Origin: Vicugna vicugna
Lineage: Eukaryota
DNA length: 64,000 nt
Direction: 5' to 3'
Assembly (NCBI GenBank): GCA_013265495.1
Contig: MU058198.1
Coordinates: 5,347,779 to 5,411,778 of the forward strand
This document shows positions 23,161 to 35,220 of the stretch, piece by piece; the first letter of the stretch is position 1, and each line of letters opens with the position of its first letter. The translations under genes and the position numbers were made by a program. Below the pieces are notes generated by a model. It made no database searches. It worked only from the letters and a program-made list of their open reading frames with translations, and was not told the DNA's origin.

Positions 23161-24779
23161 GTAGAAGGAGTATAGTGCCCCACACCATCAATTTAGGACT
23201 CAGCTATGTGACTTGCTTTGCCCGAAGAGATATTCAGACATGATGCAAAGAGAGGCCTTAAGAATGCATGTGTGTTTTGGTCTGGCTGTGTGTTCTGGTG
23301 ATAAAGCCATGAAGTCTCTCCTTGATCAAGCTCTACCTGATCCCCTGAACTCTCTTCCCAATGATGCAGCCAGTGAAAAACAATTATTACTCATAAACCA
23401 TCACACACAATTTCAGAAATCATGAATTGCTTTAGTGCCTTACCTACCTGCTTTTTGGGGGCATAGGGACAAATCAGTATCTGTGTACATCCAAGGGACC
23501 ATATAACCACCCGCCCCACCACCCCCGTAATGCCATTCTGTAGGTGGTGCCTGAGGCTGAGGCTGTCAGTGAGGAAAACTGTGACCTTGGGCAGTAGGAT
23601 ATTTGCTGGCTGAAAATTCTCCTGGCTGTCTAGCCTGGACCTCTGACTCCCCTACCTTCGCCTTCAGCACAGTGTTCATTCCACCACCATCACCTGCGTG
23701 GGTGCACAATTTACTGCTGTCTTCTCTACCCTCTGGGCCTCCTCCGAGATGATGCTCTGGGAGGCAATCCTTCACAGTTCCCAGCTGGTGTCTGAACTCT
23801 GATTAGGAACCAAGTGACCTCAATTTCACAAGCTTTGGATGGGATCAAGCAAACACTCCTTATTCAGCACAAATAGCCATTAATATGGGAGGGCTGGATG
23901 GAGGCTGGTAGCGTGGTTTCGATGTGGGGGGGCAGTGAAGAACCAGTTTGGGACACCGTGTTAACAGATTCGCAAGTCAAATTGGTCTTTTGTAGGCTTT
24001 AAACAAGGTGGCCATCCCTCTGAGATGAATGTGCCCCTGAAATTGTACACCATGGAGACAGTGTCTTTAAAGGCACTCACATCAGCCCCAGTGTTATGAT
24101 GGGGGAAAAGTGACTCATTAAGCACTCCCCCCAACAAATACGCAAGAAATCAAGGTCCGAAGCAGATGTTCAGTGGGACAGCCAGGTCAGGGAGAGCACT
24201 CAGCTGGAAGGAGCTAGAATGAGTGCTTAGAGGAGCTGGATGTCTTTGACCTGGATAAGAGGGACTTAGAGGGAACCAGCTCTGAGTCCAGATAGCAGAA
24301 AGATGATTCCAGAAAGGGGGGTCTGATATGTTCTGAATGATACCAGGGGCTGGAAATAGGAACTAGACAGTATGAGGAAGAAGAGTCAGATTTTGGTTCA
24401 AACATTGGAAGAAGGTTTTAATTTATGCCAGGTCCCCAGAGAGCCCTGATGGGTGATGGGTACACTGTCATGTGTTCACTCCAGCCTATGGGCTTTTGCA
24501 GACTTTCTCCCTGCTTAGGAATTCATCAGGGTAGGAAAAGCAGAGGGAATGGAGAGCAGGAGCCCTAGATGAGAACCAGAAATACACTAGAGAAAGGTGC
24601 CTGGAATGGCTTGTTGAGTAACAAGGCAGTCGGAGGTAGGTGAGAAGCTAGGCTAAGCTGGGGAAGAGGGAATCCCCATCCGTGCCAATACCTGAATTGT
24701 GGGGAAGAATATTGTAGAACTCACGTGTCTGTCCACACACACAATCCCCAGTCACATTCCAAAATTGTTCATCATTCTT

Positions 24780-25100
24780 ACGTACTCTTTCCAAATATCC
24801 AGTGTGGGTCTCAATGAGTCAGGTGCTATGCTAGGTACCGTTGGCCAAGATGGCCATCATCTCTACCTCATGGAATTTATGGATCAATGTGAGAGGAGGC
24901 AGAATCCTGGCACTGAATAGAAGTCAGCAGATGGAGAAGTTAGTAAGGGGAGGTTTAGAGTGGGGAGGTTTGGAGTGTCCAGAAAGGAGACTATGAAACA
25001 GGCAAAAGACAGAGCATGTGCAAAGGACCTGGGGCATGAGGGAGCTTGGCACATTGAAGAGATATGAGTTCTAGTTCCAGAAGGAGAAGAACTGGATGCT
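24780..25100 (-). mobile_element. L2 LINE fragment
   Basis: CAGGTGCTATGCTAGGTAC...CCTCATGGAATTTA...AGCATGTGCAAAGGACCTGGGG. Confidence 0.65.
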
Positions 25101-26599
25101 GGGATCCAACAGAGCAAGTATCAGCTATACTTACTGACTGGTGAGGAAACTGAGGCTTGGACACATGACTGTCAATGTCAATCATCCAGTCAATGTCAAT
25201 GTTGGACTTCAAACCCAGGCATAATAATGCTCTGAAATTCTTGCTCTTGCTCCCTTGTGCCTGGATCTGCTCAGGTATCTCCAGGGTAAGCAGCCACAGC
25301 CAGCCTCCCCAGACTGGCATGATACACGGGTCTCCCCTGGCTGCCCACCCATTATTCCTCCTGCTCAGGGAGGATATTTTGGGTGGGAGACTGGGCAGCC
25401 GTGGGGAACCTCTGTTTGACATGTTCCTCCTGAAACCTTCTGCCTCCCTCTTGGAAAGTGCAATATTGAAAATCAATGGGGAGAAAGTGTCTGAGAGGAG
25501 GACTAAATCAAATATCCCAATATGGAGGAGTTAATCATCCAAAATTAACCTTATAACATCTAGTATCAAACTGATCTATAAAGAAAATCAATGAGAGCAA
25601 ATCAAACCCTGAAGCCTCTTGCCCCCGCCCTGGATGCTGCTGTGACTGGAGGGCGGTGATTGTGCACGATTACCTGGAAACCATCCCTCTGCAGTTGATA
25701 TATTTAGCCACAGGCTCTCAATGGATAGTTTTCATATATATTTCTTCTCCTGCATTTGCTTAACTGCCATTCTTAGAGCCTTAAATAAGATGCACTTAGC
25801 TGAAAATTGTCCTTCACCGAGGAGACACGCTGTTCCCACTGAGATAGATAAGCCGGCATTGTGTATTTGCAGGCTTGGAGGAAAGCAAGATGCTCATCAG
25901 AGATGCAGCTCTTCCTTGGTTTCAAAGCAGCCCAGAGGAATTTCTGGGGCCAGGAGGGTTCCTGGAGAGACTGATGGACCAGAACAAAAGGGGATCTCTA
26001 GGGGCAGACGCAGGAAGGTAATTTGGCCAAACTTGATGTGAAGGATGTTGGGGGCGTTGGCCTTGTGTTTGGCAGAATGAGGGAAGATGCCAGGAGGGGT
26101 GGGGATAGAAACTGGGCACCCAAACCCCACACTTTCCAACTGATCCAAGTTATCTTTTCATCCATGAAATGAGAGTGAATTTTCTGAGATAAAAATATTG
26201 GTGTGGGGTTGTTCATTGTCTGCTCTTATCACTAAATGTAACCTCCATGAGAGCAGAGGACTTGTCTGTTGTGATCTTAACTCAACTTCTAGAGTCCAGA
26301 ATAATACTGGGCACAGAGCAGGCCTTCTCTCTTATGGATGGAATTAGGCTTAATTCTCTGAACCTGGTATGCAGAGTGCCAGCCTATAGCACGAAATCTC
26401 ACCTCCTCAAAGAGACCTTTGCCAACAACCCTACCTGTGGTGTGCCCCTTGTTCATTCTTGCACATCACCTCATCTATTTACATCATAACCTTTATCACA
26501 AGCCAGCATTATCTTGCTTCTTTGTCTCTTTGGCCATTGTCTGGACCAGAATGGGAGGTCCATGAGGGCGTGTGCTTGACCATGTACCAGGGCAGTATC

Positions 26600-26980
26600 T
26601 CCCAGTGCTGGACCCTTTGTTCTGGCTGCTCCCTCCATCCATAATACCATCCCTCTGTATCTGGCCATGGCTGCCTCCTTCCCATCATTCAAACCTCAGT
26701 CCAACTGTCACCTCCTCAGGTGTGCTTTCCTTGGCCACCCTGTCTAAAGGAGCCAACCAGTCACTCCCAGCATCCCCCTGTGTTTTGCGTCTCTCCGGAG
26801 CACTCCTCGTTATCTGGAATTTCCTTGTGGCTACTTATTTGCTGCTCATGTTTGTTTGTGTTCTGTCCTCATGCACTTGATGCTGGTTCCACATGACTAA
26901 GGCCTGTCCTGTACCACAGCACCTAGCATGTGGGCCAGCACACAGTGGGTGCTAACGGACAGTCATTGGAATGAATGAAC
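26600..26980 (+). mobile_element. L2 LINE 3' end
   Basis: TGTCACCTCCTCAG...CAGCACCTAGCA...GCACACAGTGGGTGCT...GAATGAATGAA tail. Confidence 0.8.
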
Positions 26981-28109
26981 CAGCTCAACAGAATTAAATA
27001 AAGCTACTCCGAGGGAGACTCACTGAGTCTTGGGGACCAGCACAGCATTGCTACTTAGCTTCCTGCAAGCTTTGCTTCTCTTCGGGGAGAAGCTGTATCG
27101 TCATAAAAAGGATTTCCCAAGGGGACTGGTTATTGGGAGCCCACAGGACTGTGGTGTCAGGATCTGGGTGAGGGAAATGACACAGCCTCACCTGCATCTT
27201 AGAAAGACGGAGGAGGAGTTTGGAAAGCAGGCATAAATGAGATATTCAGAGAGAAAAATACCTGACTTTTATATAGCACTCAGTCTTCTGCAGCACTTAG
27301 GAACTTATTTCTAAGTATTTCATAGCGATCACTGCCATTGAGTCTTACAAAGCCTCTGGAGATGGTAACCTTTACTCTGCTCTTTTTCAAAGACAAGGAA
27401 ATCCAGTCACAGCAAGGCTAAGCAATTTGCTTGAAGCAACACAGCTTGGACACGATGGGAAGAGGAAATGAACTCAGGTGTTGGACTTAGTGTCATGCTC
27501 GGAACCACGGTCCTATCCCCCTATCCCACCCTTTTGAGAGCAGGCTTGATGAGTGAGGGCTGGGGAGATGGCAGAGACGAATAAAAACGTTCAGAGGGGG
27601 TGGTGATATCAGCGAGACTACACAGTAAGGAGCGCCCAGCTCCGTCCTCCGACAGGAACATCACTAAAGGAGCAGAAGCTGTCAGCACCAACTTTGTCAG
27701 GACTCTGGGGAGGTGATCAGAGGTTTAAAGCAAGTGAACGCAGAATCAAGAAAAAGTCCAAACTGGTGGGAAAGTTTGGGGGTGTTTGGACTTGCTCTAG
27801 CCCCACCCCCTGATTAAAAAAAAGACTGTGCCCCACAAAGGGATTTGTAGCATCTTTCCACACCAACTCCCTAATAGTCAAAGTGGGCACAAAAGAACCA
27901 CTATAATGGAAGGAGTGAGTGGGACTTCCAGTCCTGATCCTTATTCCATAAATTTCTCCTTCTTCTTGACCTTGACCATGACCTTGATGATCACTGTTAC
28001 TCCCCACCTCCAAGGAGGCTTAGCTTCCCTTTTATTACTCACGTCTACACACGCGCGTGGACCCCTTCCTGCAGAGCAGCTGGGATCAGGCGAAACTACA
28101 TCAAGTAGA

Positions 28110-28245
28110 CGCAATGCTTACTTTCATCTTACCAGTGGGTAAACTGAGGCTCAGAGAGGTGACGTCACTTTCCCACGGTTCCCCAGCTACTGAGCGGTGA
28201 ATCCCAGAGTCTGTCTGACTCCAGGGTTAATGCTCCTTAAGCACA
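28110..28245 (-). mobile_element. MIR SINE
   Basis: AAACTGAGGCTCAGAGAGGTGA...TGTCTGACTCCAG. Confidence 0.7.
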
Positions 28246-28989
28246 AAATTTAGTGGCTCCCTTAGAAACATTGAGAAACAGTGCTTTGTGCAAAGACATT
28301 GTGCCTGAATATAAATTGAGCATTTTCCAAGAAAATTGAAGCCTGTTTAACATGAGAACATTTATTTATGGAGACAAGAGTGAGGCAGTGAGTGTTTCCA
28401 GAACAGCGTCTCTGCCTAACCTCCGTTCATCCTTTGTTCTCCCTACGATGATTTTTTTAAAAAGTGATTAAACTTTTACGGAAAGAAAGTTTTTAAAAAA
28501 CTCCCTACAAAACCTGATTTGGTCAGAACAGCAGCAACACCAGTGATTCTCAGCCTTGTAGACGTTCAGGGTCGCCGCCCTGAGACTTGTCCAAGGCTCC
28601 GCACCAGGCAGGCCTGGAGTCAAACCCCAGTGTCAACACTTTTAATTCAAACCAAGTTTCTGAAACTTGCAGAGCCTAGCTAGGCCTTCTCATCTCACTC
28701 AGTCACTCACTGAATACTGGCTGGAGCCAGCCCACCCTTTCAACTTCGGTAAAAAGCTGTCCCCTGCAAGCTCTGGGGGGCAGTATCTGAGAATCAGCGG
28801 AGAAGGACTATGAAAGGGAGGCAAAGATGAGGAGGGGACCACCGGGCAGTATTCACTGCACTGATTCTGATGCAGACCTTGATCCCATCCGCTGCCTTTA
28901 TTAACTGCAATCCTTCACCTGCAAAAAAGAGCAAGCAGAAAGCCCCAGGGTGGCCCCGGAGCATGTGGATAATAAATGCACCATCTCTG

Positions 28990-29180
28990 GGCAGATTCCC
29001 TGGGTCCAAATCCTGGCTCAACCACCAACAGGCTCTCTGATCCTGGGCAAATTAGATGGCTTCCCTGGGCTTCATTTCCTACTCTGTAAAATCAGGGTGC
29101 TGATCATCAGAGTCCCTATCTCATAGAGTGCTTTTGGGTGGGAAAAAAATTAAATGAGTTAATTCAGGTAAACCACTTAA
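28990..29180 (+). mobile_element. MIR SINE
   Basis: CCTGGGTCCAAATCCTGGCTC...TGATCCTGGGCAAATTA...TTTCCTACTCTGTAAAAT. Confidence 0.75.
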
Positions 29181-29189
29181 TTGGTCTGT

Positions 29190-29440
29190 TGAGAGCTGAC
29201 TCTTCGTCAGGCCCGAGCTAGGACTCTCGACATCCACTGTTCTGCTTAATTTCATGATAACCACGTTAAGTAGATTTTGCTCATTTCACATAGGAGGAGG
29301 CTGGGTCCCAGAGCGGTGAATTTTAGGGCTGCTGCATAGAGGTAAAGAGCTAGTTCAAAGTCACAGAAGCAGTTAGATGCAGAACTGAGATTTGGACCCT
29401 TATGTGTCTGTCTCCAAAATCTTAATCGTTTCCCCTACAC
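29190..29440 (-). mobile_element. MIR SINE
   Basis: CATTTCACATAGGAGGAGGCTG...AAAGTCACA...GCAGAACTGAGATTTGGACCC. Confidence 0.55.
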
Positions 29441-29589
29441 CCAATAACTCTCCTAAAAAAAAAAGAGAGAGAGAGAGACAGGGTGCACTTCTATGATGCC
29501 TTATGGGAGTCACTGCTTTCGTTTCCGACTGCTCGCTTCCTTCTGTAGCCCAGTCAAGGACAACCTCAGTTTGAGCAACCGTAACAATA

Positions 29590-30823
29590 CTCTGATGGAC
29601 CAGAGTCTTCCTCAGCTCCCCCTTCTCCTCCGTCCTTCATGCCCTGGGGGTTCACTCTCTTAAATATCTCATCCTACTTCCCTCACCCTTCCAAGCCTTT
29701 ATCATCGCTCCCCCATAGGTCAACAGCAGGTCCCTAATTTCAGGTTCTCACCTCTCCATTTCTCATTCACATCGGCTTCCGTGTCAACTTCAAAAATGCA
29801 GTTATGACTAGCCCTTCCCCAGCTTAGCACCCAGCTCTGCCATCCCCTCACCTCTGGCCATCAGATTTCTTCAGCATCTGTCTTATAAGAGGATGATACA
29901 TGTCTTGGAATCTGACCTGTGTCCCTCTTTTCAAGAATACGTCTTGCCCCATACCATTACGAGGCTCAAAACACTGGCTTACCAAACGAGGCCTGGAATC
30001 CTTAAGTCTTGAACATTCAAATGGGCAACTCCTTCTGCCTCAAACAGACAAACTCATCCTATACCTTCACCCAGTTTGCTTCCTGGAACTCTAAGCACTC
30101 AGCCGAAGGTTCGCCTCCTCTGGGATGTCTTCCCTGATTACACTGGTTTAGGTAACTCTGCCTTTGCACCCCCCCACAGGGCCCTGTGCTATCTCTATCT
30201 ACTTGCTCATCCCCTCCTGTGATGGTTTGAAATATTTTTCAGCAAATAATCGCTCTCTTGGCCTTCCACTGTATGTGAAGGGGAATAGATTCCGGCCCCA
30301 CTCATGCTGGCTTGGCCACGTGACACATTTGACCAATGGGATGTTAGTGGGCATGAGGCCAGCAGAGGCTTAATGGTACTTGCATGGCTGGCCTTGCATT
30401 CATGTGCTCTGATGATCTGTGAAGGGGGACAGAATGCCCTGGAGAACTGCGGACCCTGCACACTGGCTCCAAAATGGATACGTGGGGAACAGACTTAGAA
30501 CCAAGCCCTCCGCCTGGAGCCAGACACGGATGATTGGCAACCCAAAGCCTGGAGCCCAGCTGAGCCCAGCCCTAGCCAAGCTACAAGCATGAGAACAAAC
30601 ACTTGTTGCTGTAAGCCAGGAGTTTATCATCCAGCATTCTGTAGCAACTGATGATAAATATTTAGTTTTTACTTTCTTCCCTTCTCTTTGAAACTATGAG
30701 CAAATTGAAGGGCAGAGACTGTCTGTCCCTTATGTATAAATCCACATTCCCCACATCCAACATATGATTTGACACATAGAAAATGCCCAATATTTGTTTG
30801 AAGGAAGGAAGGAAGGAAGGAAG
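29590..30823 (+). mobile_element. L2 LINE remnant interrupted by MLT1 (30218-30660), ending in a (GAAG)n tail
   Basis: CCTCCTCTGGGATGTCTTCCCTGA on the left; GAAGGGCAGAGACTGTCTGT...AATATTTGTTTGAAGGAAGG on the right. Confidence 0.6.
30218..30660 (+). mobile_element. MaLR LTR, MLT1H/I-like
   Basis: Starts TGTGATGG; CTTGGCCACGTGAC...TTGACCAATGGGATGTTAG...GCTGAGCCCAGCC...TGTTGCTGTAAGCCA. Confidence 0.8.
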
Positions 30824-31544
30824 AGTGATACTCTCCGTAACGCACAAAAGCCTTTGTTAGAACCGCCTTTTATTGGCACCTGAATTTAATGACTAAGCCC
30901 CATGCCAACAAAACTGTCAGGAAAGATTCCAAAAGGAAGAAATGGAACGAAATGTCACCAAAATGACTGTCTATCAACCTACATTCATTTTAGAAAGAAT
31001 GGGACCAGGATACTTCACCATCTTGAAGGCCGTCCAACTCCTACGGAGATGAACTGACTCTTGGCAGTGGCTGGACATGGACTGGTACAGTGACATCTCC
31101 TGAGGGAGATGAACAGGGTGACAGAGGAGACTGGACGGGAGCCGTGGACGTGAGAACGGGAACACTTCTGGGGCCACAGTGAACGTGGCCTCCTGCTTCC
31201 TCCTCACCACCCCCGCTCATCTGGAGGTGATTATGACATTGAGCGCCATATACAAAAGTTAAGTGGACATGGATGAGAGGAACTTTATGATGGGTGGGTA
31301 GCTGAGTTAGAAGTCAGGATTTCACCCACTGAACTATCTTCCGTAAGCCTTCCCATTTGTAGAAATAAGTTTTACTTTTTATTTTAATCTTTCCTGACGC
31401 CTCAGAGAACACCAAGAGAGGTTCAGATTTCAGATCCAAATGCTTCTTCCATTCCTAGGGCTACAGTCTCTCCAGGCCAGAAAGATGAACAGTTATTTTA
31501 GCCTTCTTTGGAGGTTCCCTGACTAAGACCAAGAATCTGATGAT

Positions 31545-31775
31545 AATTACCCTGCCCTGAGCACTTAGGTCAGGCACTTTATATCAATTATCACCTTTGA
31601 TTGTTACAACAATGGCCGGGGAGTGGAGGGTGGAAATGGGAGGATGGATAAGTACCACAATTTCCCAGATGAGGAAACTGAGACTCAGAGAGACAGTTAA
31701 GTAATTTGTCTTTGATCTTACACTTAGGAACAGACAGAACTGAAAGTCAAATGCAGGGCTGTTGAAAGCCAACAG
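31545..31775 (-). mobile_element. MIR SINE
   Basis: CAGATGAGGAAACTGAGACTCAGAGAGACAGTTAAGTAATTTG. Confidence 0.75.
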
Positions 31776-32560
31776 TCAAGTCGAGTTCATTCCATCTTAC
31801 AAACACCACCTCTCATCTCTGGCTTTTGTCCCTTCTTACCAGGAGATGCTCTTGCCAGTCTGAAGATGACGCTGGCTGACAGAGAAGGTGGAAGCAAATG
31901 GAAGTAAGAAGTTTATAGAGTGTTCACTCTCTTACAAAAATTAGTATGTCAAAAATCTCTCCTTGCCTATGATAACTCTAATCTCCAGGAAAACAGGGTT
32001 ATAATGCAATGCCAGGGGCGGTAGACAAAACCTGCATGCAGGTGGACTGCTAAATCCCCAGGCTGGGTACGGGAGGAAGCATCGTCCTAGGAACGAGAAT
32101 GCGAGCTTTTCAACCTGAGCAAGTCGCTAGGACTCTCCCAGCCTCACTCACTCCTCTTCTGAAGAATGGAAATGAGATTTCTTTCTCTGCATATTCCGTA
32201 CTAGTGAAAGAATTTGAAACAGCATAAATGCCCAACAGCAGGAGACTGGCTAAATTATGATATGCCCATGCAATGACATATCATGGCCATTGAGAAATGA
32301 TTTGGGGAAATACAAATCTATTTAATGTTTAACTATATGATTCAGGCAGCGCGCTTTACATGGATTGGCTCATTTAATCTACCCCAGATCTATGAGGTTT
32401 CTATCAAGTTCATTTTATAGATGAGTTCAAGTAATTTGCCCAAAGTCACAGCTGAGATGGGAAATTGGAATTAAAACCCAGGCAATCTGATCCAGAATTC
32501 ACTCTTAACCACAACATGGTCTAATTTTCAACTTTAAGAGGCATCTTATACAATGGAACA

Positions 32561-33061
32561 ATTATCAGTTATTTATTACTATGTAATAAATCACACCAAA
32601 ATGTAACAGCTTCAAATAGCAAACATTTTTATTGCAACTTACAGCATTTTTGCAATTCTGCAATCCAGGCTGGGCTCAGTAGGGTGGTTCTTCTGTGGGT
32701 CTTGCTGGTGGTCTTTTTCGTGGGTGTATTTGCAGGCAGATCGGGTGAGAGCTGGGCTCAGCTGGGAGGCTGGACAGTCTGGGCTTCTCTCTCCACGAAG
32801 TCTCAGGGCCCCTTCCTCCCGCTGTGGTTTCTCAGCAGCATGTACTTCCTACACGGCTGCTCAGAGCTCCCAAGAACCTGAAAATGGGAGCTGCCCAGAT
32901 GTCTTGAGGCTGAGGTCTGGAACTGACCCAGCCTCATTTGGTTGCATCCTATTGGGTAAAGCAAGTCACAGGACCAGCCCAGATGCAAGAGGGGGAGATT
33001 ACACAAGGTATAAATTCCAGAAGGATGTTGCGCTGGGGGTCCAATGTAATACACCGCCACA
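32561..33061 (-). mobile_element. MaLR LTR, MLT1F/G/H-like
   Basis: GTAATAAATCACACCAAAA...GGCTGGGCTCAG...CTATTGGGTAAAGCAAGTCACAGGACCAGCCCAGAT...CCACA. Confidence 0.8.
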
Positions 33062-33319
33062 TCAGTGGAATCCCAGCTACGGAAAAGCATGTTTATTGGA
33101 GAAGTACCCAAATGAATAGACTTTACCACCTTAACAATGTTCATCTGGCACAGGGAGAGATTATAAGTAGGGTGTTTTTCTCCTTGTATTGGTCCGTCTG
33201 TATTTTACAAATTGTATAGAGTAAACATGCATGGGTTTTACAAAAGTGAAATAATCAAGATTACCTTTTATTTCCAGGAGGAAGGAAATCGTTCCTGGTC
33301 TCTGTGATCCAACCAAAAA

Positions 33320-33525
33320 CAGTCAGCACTTACCTAGCACTTAGTACATGCTCACATATATTGATTTTTTAAATTCTCCCAGACACTATGAAGTAGACAC
33401 TACTATTATCCCCATTTCACAGATGCAGAAGCTGAGGCACAGTGAGGTCAGACCACAAGCGTCAGGCCACAGAGCTGGTAACACTCAGAGCTGGGAATCA
33501 AGACCTGGCAGTCTGGCTCCAGGGC
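33320..33525 (-). mobile_element. MIR SINE
   Basis: TACTATTATCCCCATTTCACAGATGCAGAAGCTGAGGCACAG...GGCAGTCTGGCTCCAG. Confidence 0.85.
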
Positions 33526-33598
33526 AAGACTCAGTGCTTGGGTTTCCTTGGGCCATTTGGATGTATATACCAATTTCTGGAGGCACCAGCAAAAATAG

Positions 33599-33651
33599 TT
33601 GAATGAATGAATGAATGAATGAATGAATGAATGAATGAATATGAATGAATG
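33599..33651. repeat. (TGAA)n microsatellite, expanded L2 3' tail
   Basis: About 12 TGAA units read directly. Confidence 0.9.
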
Positions 33652-34807
33652 GAACTAACAATAATGCTAGTTGAGCCCTTATTTTATACGAGGCACTGTT
33701 GAAGTGCTATACATGAATACTGGATTATTTCATTTAATCTTTACAACTGCCTTTGAGGGTGAAGAAACTAAGACACAGAAAGGTTAAGTAACTTCTCTAA
33801 GCTTCCACTAACTAGATGGATGAGTGAGTGGGTGGATGGATGGATGAGTGGATAGATGGAGAAACAGTACATCCAAAAATGATAGAGATGAACACTAGAA
33901 GGCGTTTCGTCTAGTTGACATTGTACATTCCTGCCTGTTCCAGAAATACTGCACTCCCTAGTTCTGAAACACCATTTATTTTAAGGCGTGTCATGGATTT
34001 ACTAATAGCTTTTCAGAGGAAAACAAACAACAGATCAACACACACACACACACAAATCTAATCACATCAAATACATGTATCAGTTGCTAGCTAGGTCCTG
34101 ATGCAGAAAACTTAACGTGTGGGAAAGCGTGTGTCTTTGACTTTGGGGTATTGGCCATCAGAAGCCTAATAATAAAGCAACACTGGCCGGCACTCAGCTG
34201 ACCACACACCTCTCCGTTCTGCCTCCACACTCAGCCTGGGACCTGACTTGTGCTTGTTTCCAGGCTCACCTCCCATTTTGTTTCCAGCTAACTGCCTTAG
34301 AAGACGCCGCTGATAGCCGGGCGCTCTGGAAGACTCTGGGCTGGTGACAGCCCTCAGCAGACCAGGGCACAGACCTGAAAGGGGAGGAAAGATCGCTTCC
34401 TTCATCTGGTGCATGCAACCTTTGCAAGTTAGGATTGCTGATGAGTGGCTCTGATCTTCAAGCTCCCTCAGGGTCTCAACCCATTCATTTGTGATGCAAA
34501 TCAACGAATGTCAAAAAGATAAATGCTTCTCTACACCTGACCCCCAAAATAAAGATCAGAACCTTCTCCAAGCCTTTTTTTTGGGGGCAGGTATGGGAGA
34601 GAGGAGGGGATATTCTAATTCTGGAATATATAAAATCTTTGTGATGTCACTGTTGCATGCAAAATCTTTTCTTTTTTGTGAAAGAGCCTTAGGTTGAAAG
34701 GAAAATGCCTCCTCAGTTTCTGAGACCCCATCCGACCCTGATGTACTCCACAGAGCCCCAAAGGGCAACCTTACTTGAAAAAGAGGTACCAGCACCTGGG
34801 ATACACT

Positions 34808-35220
34808 TGACAAAAATTCTCCCTTTAACCTAAGAGTGGCTCTTCTGAACTCTCTTCTCAACTAGACCCTGAGTTTTGGGCTTCTGTGTTCGTCTCTCCT
34901 TGTCTAATTTTAGCAAGACTCCTGTTAAGTCAGTTTAGCCAGAATCCCCCATCCTCTATCTGACTGGGATCCGTGTTCTGCACCTTCTCCTCGGTGATGT
35001 CTGGTCACCCTGGACTGTCACCGGCAAGAATTCTCTTAGGTCGGTTTAACCAGAACCCCCTTACTCCTGCTGTTTCCTGTTAGTAACTGTCCATCCACTG
35101 AGCCCCACCCTGCTCCTTGGTTATAAATTCCCACTTTTCCTTGCTCTGTTTGGGGTTGAGTTCAGTCTCCACCCCGCCAACAAGGGTAATGAATGATTGA
35201 ATTTTTTTTTTTCTTTAACA
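34808..35220 (+). mobile_element. ERV1 solo LTR, MER31-like
   Basis: TG...CA ends (TGACAAAA...TTCTTTAACA); internal duplicated GCAAGA..CTGTTA.GTC.GTTTA.CCAGAA.CCCC; TATAAA box; 4-bp flanks CACT / CAGT. Confidence 0.85.

Noticed and set aside
31038..31114. CTCCT..GGAGATGAAC repeated 60 bp apart
   Set aside because: Only two copies and the sequence between does not align; no array
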